From: Mycoplasmatota bacterium
Lineage (GTDB): Bacteria; Bacillota_I; Bacilli_A; MAG-NZ
DNA: 64,000 nt
Assembly (NCBI GenBank): GCA_018394315.1
Contig: CP074575.1
Span: 1,892,615 to 1,956,614 of the forward strand
Direction: 5' to 3'
Part shown: positions 1 through 12,367 of the stretch, in pieces
Layout: each line of letters starts with the position of its first letter
How positions within the stretch are numbered: the stretch's first letter is position 1
Notes under the pieces: generated by a model
Databases searched by the model: none
What the model was told of the DNA's origin: nothing
The model's input: the letters and a program-made list of their open reading frames with translations, nothing else
Translations under genes and position numbers: made by a program

Positions 1-132
1 ATAAATATAAATTTTTCTATAAATTTAGCTTATGTAATTTTTCTATCAAAATAACATATTTTCTCTATATAAACATTTTATATAACACAGTACAAACAAC
101 ATTTCCTATAGCTATGAATAAAATCTTGTAAT

Positions 133-159
133 AAAAAAACATCAACCTGATGTTTTTTT
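133..159. terminator. Rho-independent terminator of the ABC transporter operon
   Basis: AAAAAAACATCA-acc-TGATGTTTTTTT inverted repeat just downstream of the permease gene. Confidence 0.75.
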
Positions 160-181
160 ATCTTCACCTATTATTTATTAT

Positions 182-949
182 TTATCTAGTAACTTCTTGA
201 TTTGTAAATATCTTAATAGAACCATAGACTAAACCAATTATCATTACTAGTGTAACTGCTAAACTTATTAATATATCCTTAACATCAGCTACATTCAATA
301 TAATTTGCGAGAATAACTTTGTTAATGATACAGGAAAATACTTAAATGGTCCTACAGTAATTACAGATAAGAGTGCTAAAACAAAGTAAACTCCAAAACT
401 TGATAATAGTGCTGCCAAGTAAGATTTATGGATAGTAGCAAAGAATAAACAAATAGAAATTACAAATACAAAATATAATAATTGAGGTATATTACTTAGT
501 AGAAAACTACCAAATGCTATTTCATCAAATAATACATATGTATATAATGAGAATCCTAAGATCCCAATAATTTGTGATATCGTAATTAAAATTATTAGAG
601 TGATAAATTTACTAATTATATAGTCTCTTCTAGATATAGGCTTACTAAGTATTAAAGGTAACATTCCCTTTGTTTTTTCGCTAATGAATATGCTTATCGC
701 AAAAAACAATATCACGAAAAGTATAGTTTCATTCATATCTGAGAAGTACTGTCTATATGCATCCATTACAGTTGGCTCAGGAATCGTAATTTGAATACCT
801 TCGGGTGTCATTAGCGAATTTAACAACTCCGGTAAATATTTAGCCATTATCGGACTAAGTAATGAAAATATACCAACTACGACAGAAATAATGATGAATT
901 TCTTCGTTTTTAATAGATAGTTTAAATCGTATTTAATTAGTGTTATCAT
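182..949 (-). CDS. ABC-2 type transporter permease
   Basis: About 6 TM segments, EKTKGMLPLILSKPISR motif, overlaps the ATPase gene; ATG at 949 preferred over the track start at 955. Confidence 0.85.
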   Translation of the reverse strand: MITLIKYDLNYLLKTKKFIIISVVVGIFSLLSPIMAKYLPELLNSLMTPEGIQITIPEPTVMDAYRQYFSDMNETILFVILFFAISIFISEKTKGMLPLILSKPISRRDYIISKFITLIILITISQIIGILGFSLYTYVLFDEIAFGSFLLSNIPQLLYFVFVISICLFFATIHKSYLAALLSSFGVYFVLALLSVITVGPFKYFPVSLTKLFSQIILNVADVKDILISLAVTLVMIIGLVYGSIKIFTNQEVTR

Positions 950-1856
950 GGTCAACCACCTTTACAAATATATCTTCTAAATTCATGTTAAGCTTCATTA
1001 GCTGTTTCAAGTGAATATTATTATCTAACATCAAAGGTAGAAACTTTGATTGATAATCATTCTCATCACTATATTCAAATATCAACCCATCTTTATCCTT
1101 ATTAAGGTATTTTACCCAAGATGAATTATCAAGTAGTTCATAAAACACCTCATTATTGCTTGTATCAATTAAATAACGATTTAGATAGTAACTCTTCTTA
1201 ATATTTTCTACTGAATCCTGGATAATAACATTTCCCTCATCTATTAAACAAATTAAATCACATACACGTTCAACATCATTAAGTATATGTGTCGAGTAAA
1301 AAATTGTTTTCTTTCCTCTTAATTTATCAATTATATCAATTACTTTTTTTCTACCAATAGGGTCTAGTGCACTAGTTGGCTCATCCATAATTAATATCTC
1401 TGGATCATTAATTAAACTAGCAGCAATTGCTAACCTTTGTTTCATCCCTCGCGAGTACCCCTTAACTAGTTTTTTAGAGTTTTCTAGTTCAACAAATTTT
1501 AAAGTATCGCTTACTCTTTCTTTTAGCAATGTTCCTTTTATTCCAAATAATTCTCCAACATATGTTAAATATTCTCTAGCGTTCATATAATTCGGAAAAA
1601 CAGGTACATCCGAAACAAATCCAATTTTAGATTTGTATGTTGAATCCTCAAATTCTATAGGTTCATCATTGATAAACACTTTACCACTTGTAGGTTTTAA
1701 TAGAGATAAAATCATATTAATTGTCGTTGTTTTTCCAGCTCCATTTTTACCGATGAATCCATAAACTTGACCGTGTTCTACAGTGATATTTAGGTTGTCA
1801 ACTGCTAGAAAATTTCCGTATTTTTTTGTTAGATTCTCTGTTCTTATAACTGCCAT
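933..1856 (-). CDS. ABC transporter ATP-binding protein (export type)
   Basis: Walker A GKNGAGKTT, signature YSRGMKQR, Walker B LIMDEPT. Confidence 0.95.
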   Translation of the reverse strand: MAVIRTENLTKKYGNFLAVDNLNITVEHGQVYGFIGKNGAGKTTTINMILSLLKPTSGKVFINDEPIEFEDSTYKSKIGFVSDVPVFPNYMNAREYLTYVGELFGIKGTLLKERVSDTLKFVELENSKKLVKGYSRGMKQRLAIAASLINDPEILIMDEPTSALDPIGRKKVIDIIDKLRGKKTIFYSTHILNDVERVCDLICLIDEGNVIIQDSVENIKKSYYLNRYLIDTSNNEVFYELLDNSSWVKYLNKDKDGLIFEYSDENDYQSKFLPLMLDNNIHLKQLMKLNMNLEDIFVKVVDHDNTN

Positions 1857-2053
1857 TATTCTTCACGTCCTATTAATAAGTAAAGTAACCAACCAAAAGG
1901 ATTTAAAAGTGCAATCAATAATATCCAAATGATTTTTTTGCCGCCTTTAACAGTACGTTCTTCTTTTAAAACATCTATTATGCAATAAATAACCATTACG
2001 TAATTTATTATAATAATTGGTGATAGTAATAAAATAATTTCTATAATATCCAT
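1856..2053 (-). CDS. PLDc_N-domain small membrane protein
   Basis: 65 aa with two TM helices and the KIIWILLI...PFGWLLYLLIGR pattern; typical partner of this ABC family. Confidence 0.8.
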   Translation of the reverse strand: MDIIEIILLLSPIIIINYVMVIYCIIDVLKEERTVKGGKKIIWILLIALLNPFGWLLYLLIGREE

Positions 2054-2055
2054 AA

Positions 2056-2502
2056 TTAATACTCCTCTACAATTGGATTAGTAATCACAGGATTCAAATT
2101 AGTGTTTGAATTAATTCCTGAGATTAAATATAAAATAGCTGAAATAGTACTTCCAGTTAGAGTAATTACGCCATAAACAATTTGATAAACAGTAATTCTC
2201 TTAGCTGCTTTTAAAGTAACTTTTTTATTGATAAGTTTACTAAATAGTATTAAATTAATAACTAAAAACAAAGTATTTAGTATTGTTAAAACTATTATTA
2301 TAACTTTTATCGAATCTGAGTATTCGATAAACTGGCTAATACTCACTCGCGGTAATGAATTAAGTTCTTCAACCAATAAATCAAAGAATTTTTGGTACCA
2401 ATATATTATGAAAATCATGCCCATAACAGAAGCAGCATTAATAATTAGACCAATGATTGTACAAATTCTAGTTGTACTTGAAACTATATAATTTTCTTTC
2501 AC
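2056..2502 (-). CDS. Hypothetical membrane protein
   Basis: 148 aa, 3-4 hydrophobic segments, GTG start coupled to the upstream stop. Confidence 0.7.
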   Translation of the reverse strand: MKENYIVSSTTRICTIIGLIINAASVMGMIFIIYWYQKFFDLLVEELNSLPRVSISQFIEYSDSIKVIIIVLTILNTLFLVINLILFSKLINKKVTLKAAKRITVYQIVYGVITLTGSTISAILYLISGINSNTNLNPVITNPIVEEY

Positions 2503-2828
2503 TACTCTATCACCACAGCAGTACCGTAAGCTATGATCTCAGCTGCTCCTGACATAACTGCAGATGTCTGTAATCTGAATCCGATAATAGCATTTGCGCC
2601 CAGTCCTTCAGCTTCCTCTACTAAACGTCCAACTGCAATTTTTCGAGCATCGTCCATCATATCAGTGTAACCTTTGATTTCACCACCAAATAATGTTTTA
2701 AATCCAGCAGCAATATCCTTACCAACGTTTTTAGTCTGCACAGTCGATCCTTTCACATAACCGATTGTCTTAACAATCTTTTTATCTGTCAATACATTAG
2801 TTGTAAAAATACTTTCTCTTGTAATCAT
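2502..2828 (-). CDS. YbjQ/UPF0145 family protein
   Basis: KNVGKDIAAGFKTLFGGEIKGYT and GANAIIG...AYGTAV motifs; RBS GGAGG. Confidence 0.9.
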   Translation of the reverse strand: MITRESIFTTNVLTDKKIVKTIGYVKGSTVQTKNVGKDIAAGFKTLFGGEIKGYTDMMDDARKIAVGRLVEEAEGLGANAIIGFRLQTSAVMSGAAEIIAYGTAVVIE

Positions 2829-2847
2829 TTTTAAATCCTCCCATACT

Positions 2848-2907
2848 TATTTAGACATTTGACTAAATATCTAAATACATTATAATGATATTACCATATA
2901 TTGTCAA
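2848..2907 (-). promoter_or_regulatory. Consensus sigma-A promoter with downstream palindromic operator
   Basis: TTGACA (2907-2902), 17 bp, TATAAT (2884-2879); inverted repeat TATTTAGACATTT-gact-AAATATCTAAATA at 2848-2877. Confidence 0.8.
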
Positions 2908-3003
2908 CACTTATTTTTAATTTAATTAATATCTTTATTTTTCTTATTTTTAAGTTTTTGATCTAATTAAAAAAATTTAGCTTTTTGCTAATATTTTTTA
3001 CCT

Positions 3004-3423
3004 TTATATATTTTTTTCTAATTCTACACCAAGTCCATTAACTACCCTATTTACATAATTAAAGTATGCAACAACTTGGTTAATATCAAAATTATCTTTA
3101 TCGTTAAATCCTTCGTTTCGTAGAATTTCTATATCTATACGAGTTATTTTTTTATTGTTCTTAGTTAATTTAACTGCATAATCTAACATTTTTATATCAG
3201 CTTCTTTTAACCCTGTATTATGATAATCTCTCAAAATTATATTTTTCAATGCATCTTCATTACTTTCTTTATGAAGCGCCGCTCCAAGATGCTCAATTCA
3301 GTACAAGCACTCATTCACAGCTGATGTTACAAAGCTATCATCACCTTTTGGTCCAAGTTGTTTATAAAATTTATATAATTTTTCTTCAGCTTGCAACTCT
3401 TTAATAATTTCTATGTATGACAT
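3004..3423 (-). CDS. AhpD/CMD-family peroxidase-related protein with in-frame TGA (candidate selenoprotein, CxxU; possibly degenerate)
   Basis: RBS AAGGAG and ATG at 3423; reads MSYIEIIKELQAEEKLY...VTSAVNECLY*IEHLGAAL and continues in frame into track ORF 3004..3249 (QVVAYFNYVNRVVNGLGVELE); TGA at 3300-3298. Confidence 0.7.
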
Positions 3424-3646
3424 ATTCTCCTTCTAACTAAAATAATAGTTTTAACATACTTATATCTTGTATGTTTCGATTTCATAGTTGAATAGATCAT
3501 ATATTATAGATAATTTTATTTTATCTTTTCTGATTCAGTATAATTTTATTTTACATTCTACATATCATAACAGTAAGAACATATAGCAGCGTATTTTTAT
3601 GTATGAATAATGAAAACAATTTCACAATAAGTTATTTGCATAATAT

Positions 3647-3675
3647 TTGCATTTAAGTCTAATTTCACTTAATAT
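3647..3675 (+). promoter_or_regulatory. Putative sigma-A promoter of cysK-cysE
   Basis: TTGCAT, 17 bp, TAATAT upstream of the AGGAGG RBS. Confidence 0.5.
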
Positions 3676-3714
3676 CAAGTGTAAATAATATTATTTTTCT
3701 AGACAGGAGGAATT

Positions 3715-4620
3715 ATGTATAAGAACATAATCGAAATGATTGGCAACACACCATGTGTTAATATAAAAAATCTAAACAAAGAAATTAAAGATCTTTATTT
3801 AAAACTTGAAGGTAAAAATCCTGGTGGGAGTGTAAAAGATAGAACGGTTTTAGGTATGATTTTAGATGCGGAAAATAAGGGATTAATAAATAACGAATCG
3901 GTTTTAATAGAACCTACAAGCGGAAATACAGGTATTTCTCTAGCTATGATAGGTAGTGTCAAAGGATATAAAGTTATTTTAGTCATGCCTGATACAATGA
4001 GCATTGAAAGGCGTAATATAATCAAGTCATATGGAGCAGAGTTAATACTCACTGAAGGATCTTTGGGTATGAAAGGGTCTATTGAAAAATCAAAGGAATT
4101 ACTTAAACAGAATAATAATTATTATATGTTAAGTCAATTTGACAATGCAAGCAACTGGAAATTTCACTATGAGACAACGGGGAAAGAAATAATCAATGAC
4201 ATGCCTGATATAGACATATTGGTTGCAGGTGTTGGTACTGGAGGTACAATCTCTGGTACTGCTAAAAGACTAAAAGAATATAATAAAGACATTTTAGTGG
4301 TAGCTGTTGAACCCAGATCAAGTGCGGTTTTATCAGGACAAAAAGCAGGACCTCATAAAATACAAGGAATAGGGGCTGGATTTGTCCCAAATAATTATAA
4401 ATCTGAATTTGTTGATAATGTCATCACTATTTCAAATGAAGAAGCTTTTGAAACAACAAAGAAATTACTTAAACACGAAGGATTATTCGTAGGGATCTCA
4501 ACTGGTGCTAACGTTTCTGGAGCTATTAAAGCAATAAAAAAATATGGTATAGATAAAAAGGTTATGGTTATATCACCAGATAACGGTGACAAATACCTAT
4601 CGACGGGTGTTTTTAACTAA
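3715..4620 (+). CDS. cysK: Cysteine synthase A
   Basis: NPGGSVKDR (PLP lysine), [24 protein letters not shown]. Confidence 0.95.
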   Translation: MYKNIIEMIGNTPCVNIKNLNKEIKDLYLKLEGKNPGGSVKDRTVLGMILDAENKGLINNESVLIEPTSGNTGISLAMIGSVKGYKVILVMPDTMSIERRNIIKSYGAELILTEGSLGMKGSIEKSKELLKQNNNYYMLSQFDNASNWKFHYETTGKEIINDMPDIDILVAGVGTGGTISGTAKRLKEYNKDILVVAVEPRSSAVLSGQKAGPHKIQGIGAGFVPNNYKSEFVDNVITISNEEAFETTKKLLKHEGLFVGISTGANVSGAIKAIKKYGIDKKVMVISPDNGDKYLSTGVFN

Positions 4621-4631
4621 GGTTAATAATT

Positions 4632-5204
4632 ATGAAATCAATAAGATATTTAAAATCAATTAAGGATAGAGATCCTGCTGCGAATAGTTATTTAGAAATA
4701 CTTTTATACCCTACAGTTCATGCAATTGTACTATATAAAGTTTCACATATGTTCTATAGAATCAAATTGTTTTTTATCGCAAGATTAATATCACAAATAG
4801 GAAGATTTCTAACAGGAATAGAAATTCACCCAGGAGCAAAAATCGGTAGAAATTTATTCATTGACCATGGATTAGGAACTGTAATTGGTGAAACTACAAT
4901 AATACATGATAATGTCACTATTTATCAGGGAGTTACATTAGGTGGAACTGGTAAAGAGAGTGGAAAAAGACACCCAACAATAGGTTCAAATACTGTTATC
5001 GGTGCTGGTGCAAAGATTCTAGGAAACATATATATTGCTTCAGGTAGTAAAATTGGAGCGGGATCAGTTGTCTTAAAAGATACTACTTCAAACTCTACCG
5101 CTGTTGGTATCCCAGCTAAGATTATTAGCGAGAAAATTGATACACATCACAATATAGCAAGTTTAGATGATGGTGTCAAAATTTTCAATGATATGAGAAT
5201 ATAA
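4632..5204 (+). CDS. cysE: Serine O-acetyltransferase
   Basis: [30 protein letters not shown] and hexapeptide repeats. Confidence 0.95.
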   Translation: MKSIRYLKSIKDRDPAANSYLEILLYPTVHAIVLYKVSHMFYRIKLFFIARLISQIGRFLTGIEIHPGAKIGRNLFIDHGLGTVIGETTIIHDNVTIYQGVTLGGTGKESGKRHPTIGSNTVIGAGAKILGNIYIASGSKIGAGSVVLKDTTSNSTAVGIPAKIISEKIDTHHNIASLDDGVKIFNDMRI

Positions 5205-5226
5205 AATTATAATTATAGTATATATT

Positions 5227-5258
5227 AAAACTCTCAACAGTTAGGTGAGAGTTTTTTT
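5227..5258. terminator. Bidirectional terminator between cysE and the GNAT gene
   Basis: AAAACTCTCA-loop-TGAGAGTTTTTTT. Confidence 0.8.
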
Positions 5259-5277
5259 AAAAGTATGAATTGAATTA

Positions 5278-5808
5278 TTATTTAAATACTAATTCTAGGT
5301 GTATATCATCTGGTTCTTTCTTAAATAATCGCTCATCCGGAGTCTCTATTAATCTACAACCTTGACTTAAGTAGAATGAGATTGTGTTTGATGAAGGTGT
5401 TGCGGATATGTAAAATTTATTTACTCCAAAATCTTTCGCTTTCTCAATTGATAGATTAACTAGTTTCTTTGCTATACCCATTCTTCTATGATACTTATCA
5501 ATCCACAAAGGGCCAAAATTAAGCATATTCTTCTCATTTCCTATTAGCTCACTTTGAAATCCACTTATTCCAACTAATCTATCTTTAGAAAAAGCACCGA
5601 TAAATACTCCGCCCATTTCCACGTCAGTAGTTAATTCCCTTACAACTCTCTCAAAATTCTCTTCATTAAACCCAGGATGAATAAATTGATTATTCTCTAT
5701 GATTAAATTACCATCCAAAACTTTATAAATCCCTGGAGCGACATCGCTTCTGTCAATTTCTTTTACTTTACTAATCTCTTCTTTATTTAGTACCTTGTAC
5801 TCTATCAT
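5278..5808 (-). CDS. GNAT family N-acetyltransferase
   Basis: LWIDKYHRRMGIAKKL acetyl-CoA motif, FYISATPSSNTISFYLSQGC. Confidence 0.85.
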   Translation of the reverse strand: MIEYKVLNKEEISKVKEIDRSDVAPGIYKVLDGNLIIENNQFIHPGFNEENFERVVRELTTDVEMGGVFIGAFSKDRLVGISGFQSELIGNEKNMLNFGPLWIDKYHRRMGIAKKLVNLSIEKAKDFGVNKFYISATPSSNTISFYLSQGCRLIETPDERLFKKEPDDIHLELVFK

Positions 5809-5836
5809 GAATCCTCCTATTTTTATCTATTTATGA

Positions 5837-6691
5837 TTACTCTATGTTTTTTATAAGAGCATATTGTAAATATATAGCAACTAGTGTAAATAACGGGAAT
5901 ACGACAAGTTCAACTGTACTAATGTCAATTCCACTAGCGAACATCATTATAGCCATAGTTGAAACAGCTATAAATAAAGTAATACCCTTTGTTAGAATAA
6001 TAGCAGAAAGTAAATAACCCATACTTCGTCTCTTGATTAATAAAATACCCGAGATTAATGAGATAGGTACGATAAACCCTAAATCCATTGCTTGTATGAC
6101 TAATGTATTATAGTGATCAATTCCTTCCGGAGTTTCACTGCCAAAAATCGATGGAGCTATTCTACCTAACCACATCAAAGCAAGTACTATACCTAAAAAT
6201 ATTAGAAAACCACTTATGAACTTAATAGGTAATTCTTTCTTAAACTTTTCTTTGATACTTTCTATTTCAAATGACATCATCATAATTACAAATGCAAAAA
6301 AGCTTAAGGACATTAAAATGACATATATAATAAATAAACTATTATACATTGATAAGAAAGAATATGAAACATAAGTATATAAAAAATAACCCATAGTACC
6401 AGTAAGAAGTAATTTACCTTTAAATGATTCTTTAACATATAACATGAATGAAATAATAAGTAATGGTATACCTAATAAAACTGTAACTATATCCTGAGCA
6501 ATAGCCTGGGTTGCATAAGAATAAGAGTCATTCTTATAAATTCCCTTCCCATAGATCGAGACTTTATCTCCATGTATTGAAATGTACTCAAATTCACCAA
6601 CTCCACCAGATGAGAAAATACCCATTAATGACGCAAATAGAGCCAAAATAACTATAGTAATTACTATAGAACCTAAAATCTTTTTGTTCAT
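5837..6691 (-). CDS. Hypothetical integral membrane protein (about 8 TM)
   Basis: 284 aa hydrophobic ORF with RBS GGAGG. Confidence 0.75.
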   Translation of the reverse strand: MNKKILGSIVITIVILALFASLMGIFSSGGVGEFEYISIHGDKVSIYGKGIYKNDSYSYATQAIAQDIVTVLLGIPLLIISFMLYVKESFKGKLLLTGTMGYFLYTYVSYSFLSMYNSLFIIYVILMSLSFFAFVIMMMSFEIESIKEKFKKELPIKFISGFLIFLGIVLALMWLGRIAPSIFGSETPEGIDHYNTLVIQAMDLGFIVPISLISGILLIKRRSMGYLLSAIILTKGITLFIAVSTMAIMMFASGIDISTVELVVFPLFTLVAIYLQYALIKNIE

Positions 6692-6742
6692 TTAGACCTC
6701 CTATTTTATAATTTTAACCAATTAGTTTAAGAATCAACTTAA

Positions 6743-7204
6743 TCAATTGTGAGAATAATTTTTTTTCTCCCACCAATAAAATAAAGTAGAAATCCCGATG
6801 GATTGTACTATTATTTCTGGCATGCCAATCAAATGAGCCTTTAAACTCACATTTGTATAAATAAATCCCTCGATAGAGCCTGGGGGGGCATTAATTGCTC
6901 CTATACAAGTCAATCCAAATAAAACAAAGAATAACATTAACCATCCATGCTTGCTACCCACTATTTTATCTCTAAATGGATAAATGATTAATGCTATCAT
7001 TAATCCACGGACTACTTGGAATAACAAAGCTGCTCTTACTATTGGTGAATCCAGTGGACGAAAGTGAGCAAAATAATCATCACTCATAAAACCTTCTTTG
7101 TAATTCATCAAACTCATAGAAATTAAACCAACTATTAAGTATACTAAAACATGCACTATAGTGTACCTTTTTAAATATCCCCATAACACTTCATTTTTCT
7201 TCAT
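6743..7204 (-). CDS. Hypothetical membrane protein (4 TM)
   Basis: 153 aa, RBS AAGGAGG, internal motif APPGSIEGFIY. Confidence 0.75.
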   Translation of the reverse strand: MKKNEVLWGYLKRYTIVHVLVYLIVGLISMSLMNYKEGFMSDDYFAHFRPLDSPIVRAALLFQVVRGLMIALIIYPFRDKIVGSKHGWLMLFFVLFGLTCIGAINAPPGSIEGFIYTNVSLKAHLIGMPEIIVQSIGISTLFYWWEKKNYSHN

Positions 7205-7427
7205 GATTTCCTCCTTATCTTAACAAATATTTTCCAAAACTAATTTTGAACTCTATAACAATTTATTGTGTAACTAGTCCACTCTTCTCATAAATAATCT
7301 TCTACTAGAATAGAATTCTATAAATAGTTTAGCATTTATTGAAGATATTGTCGAATTATAAAAGAGAACTAATAAATATAGCCCTCTTAATTACATAGTC
7401 TATTAAAAGAAAATAATAATTCTCATA

Positions 7428-7913
7428 TCACTTTAATAAAGAATCGCATATGTATTCCAATGCTGAAATACTTATAATTGATCTAAATCTATGCATGGCA
7501 GTAATCTGATCCTCACTATAACCTGCAAGACCATTTTGCAACATTGAGGTTTTGAATCCTCGTTCTAAGGCACCGTTATAGGTAGCTAAGACACAATACT
7601 CTGCAGCAAGTCCACTAATTACTAAATATTCTACTCCCATTCCAACAAGGATTTCTTTTAAATCCGTCTTCCAAAAAGCGTTCGAATATTTTTTATTTAC
7701 TAAAATATCAGTTGGACTGACAACTAAAGAATCCATAACCTCATATTCAGGACCAGTTTCCTCGTGTTGTACAATTACTACAGGTAAATTATTTTTTCTA
7801 AAAATTTTGCTAGTATGATTAATACTCTCTAAAGCATCACCTATCGACGACTGAAATGCACGATTTTTTTCGTATGCTTTTTGCATATCTACAATCAAAA
7901 ATGCTATACTCAT
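7428..7913 (-). CDS. Isochorismatase/cysteine hydrolase family protein
   Basis: LIVDMQ, KKYSNAF and GLAAEYCV motifs supplying the D/K/C triad. Confidence 0.85.
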   Translation of the reverse strand: MSIAFLIVDMQKAYEKNRAFQSSIGDALESINHTSKIFRKNNLPVVIVQHEETGPEYEVMDSLVVSPTDILVNKKYSNAFWKTDLKEILVGMGVEYLVISGLAAEYCVLATYNGALERGFKTSMLQNGLAGYSEDQITAMHRFRSIISISALEYICDSLLK

Positions 7914-8202
7914 AATTATCCCTCTCTTCCATATGCTATAATACCATAATAATTATATACTATAAGTATAGAAAGTAAAATAGTATACTAAGAATATAAT
8001 TCAAGAAGTTTTGTAACCATTAAAAATAATCCCTCTATCAACTATCAATAGCATCTTTACTGGAAACACTATCGCAAAAGTGCTCATAAATTTTCTTACA
8101 TAATGACTCATACTTAAATACCACTTTTAAAGTATTATAATTATTGTCACTTGATTAATATAGTGCCATACAATATTGTAATGTGAAGTTAAAATTCTAA
8201 TT

Positions 8203-8229
8203 ACAAAAAAACGAACCTAAATTCGTTTG
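8203..8229. repeat. Second copy of the tRNA-Glu downstream terminator
   Basis: ACAAAAAAACGAACCTAAATTCGTTTG versus ACAAAAAAAAACGAATCTAAATTCGTTTG at 9153-9181. Confidence 0.7.
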
Positions 8230-8498
8230 CTTTATTATAACATAATGGGGTAGATACTCCATGGACCGTATATGACTATAAAAATTAATTTTTATATAGT
8301 ATTTAAAATATAACACATTCAAAAATAATTAAGATCCTTTTTATAATTTATTTATATATTAAGGTTCAACGTTAGATATGAAGATACACTATTCTTGACT
8401 TCTATCGAACTTGAACAGCGAAAAATAAAACGGTACCAGTTATGTTTTAATCTATGAGAATTAGTTTAGTTAAAATCTTACATAATAAGATTAGATTT

Positions 8499-8966
8499 CT
8501 AAGACTTAACAGAAATTTCATTTTCTACAAATTTTCTAAAGTGTCCTCTTAATATATGTCTATATATATATATATAAGCAACCACTATTAGAGTGAAACG
8601 TTGAATATCTAAGTAACCTAAAAACATTAGAATCAAAGTAATAGTCAACAAAAATAACATAGCTACCGAAATTGCGATAGAACGTCTTCTAAACTTATTT
8701 AGTACTGCAAACATCCTGGTAATGACAGCATCTATACTACTACTTGATTCTTCAATAGTCTCGAGAAATTTATCATAAAACCAGTCGATCATTAATAAAT
8801 TGTACGAGTTTGAATCTCTCTTTTTTATCATAAACAATGCTTTCTTCTTCCCAAGATTTGTTTTTGTAAGTCTATACACGAAAATCTCTTTTTCAATATC
8901 TGTTGCGTATGCAACAATGTCAGCAGTTCCTCTTTTCTTAAAATACTCTTTATATATTTCTAACAT
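8499..8966 (-). CDS. Hypothetical protein with C-terminal TM helices
   Basis: ATG at 8966 with RBS AAGGGGG; the track start at 9038 is probably too far upstream. Confidence 0.6.
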   Translation of the reverse strand: MLEIYKEYFKKRGTADIVAYATDIEKEIFVYRLTKTNLGKKKALFMIKKRDSNSYNLLMIDWFYDKFLETIEESSSSIDAVITRMFAVLNKFRRRSIAISVAMLFLLTITLILMFLGYLDIQRFTLIVVAYIYIYRHILRGHFRKFVENEISVKS

Positions 8967-9152
8967 TCTTCCCCCTTGATATTTTATAATTGTATAGCAA
9001 TAAATCTTTAATTGTAAATAGATACAATCAGTAACCAAACAAAATCTTAATATAGTTTCTTATTACCTATTATTCTATCATTTTCCAATACAATTTAAAA
9101 GCCTACTCTAATACTATATTTCATCTGATTACGGTTCTAACTATTGTCGGTA

Positions 9153-9181
9153 ACAAAAAAAAACGAATCTAAATTCGTTTG
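9153..9181 (-). terminator. Terminator of the rrn/tRNA operon
   Basis: AAACGAAT-ttag-ATTCGTTT hairpin with U-tract on the minus strand right after tRNA-Glu. Confidence 0.8.
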
Positions 9182-9190
9182 TTTTTCTTA

Positions 9191-9267
9191 TGGTGACCCG
9201 TACGGGATTCGAACCCGTGAATGCATGCGTGAAAGGCATGTGAGTTAAGCCGCTTCTCCAACGGGCC
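9191..9267 (-). tRNA. tRNA-Glu(TTC)
   Basis: Cloverleaf, anticodon arm CATGC-CT-TTC-AC-GCATG, GGTTCGAATCC, encoded CCA. Confidence 0.95.
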
Positions 9268-9273
9268 ATAATA

Positions 9274-9350
9274 TGGCGCCCACAACAGGACTCGAACCTG
9301 TGACCCCATGATTAACAGTCATGTGCTCTAACCAACTGAGCTACGTAGGC
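9274..9350 (-). tRNA. tRNA-Asn(GTT)
   Basis: Anticodon arm CATGA-CT-GTT-AA-TCATG, GGTTCGAGTCC, encoded CCA. Confidence 0.95.
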
Positions 9351-9368
9351 ATTAAAATAAAAGAAAGA

Positions 9369-9478
<110 letters not shown>

Positions 9479-9515
9479 TTCTTTCAAAATTGGATAATAC
9501 ATTCTACTTAATTTA

Positions 9516-12367
<2,852 letters not shown>

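Noticed and set aside
3298..3300. TGA read as Trp (genetic code 4, as in Mycoplasma)
   Set aside because: Conserved genes here use TGG for Trp, have no internal TGA, and some (e.g. dxr) end at TGA; the codon also aligns with a catalytic Cys.
3611..3624. TGAAAACAATTTCA as a CcpA cre site upstream of cysK
   Set aside because: It lacks the central CG of the cre consensus, and short AT-rich palindromes arise easily by chance.
8277..8296. Perfect 20-bp palindrome TATAAAAATTAATTTTTATA
   Set aside because: It is all A/T in a very AT-rich spacer and has no supporting context.
5278..8966. Integron-like cassette array among the co-oriented accessory genes
   Set aside because: No repeated attC-like element between the genes and no integron integrase.
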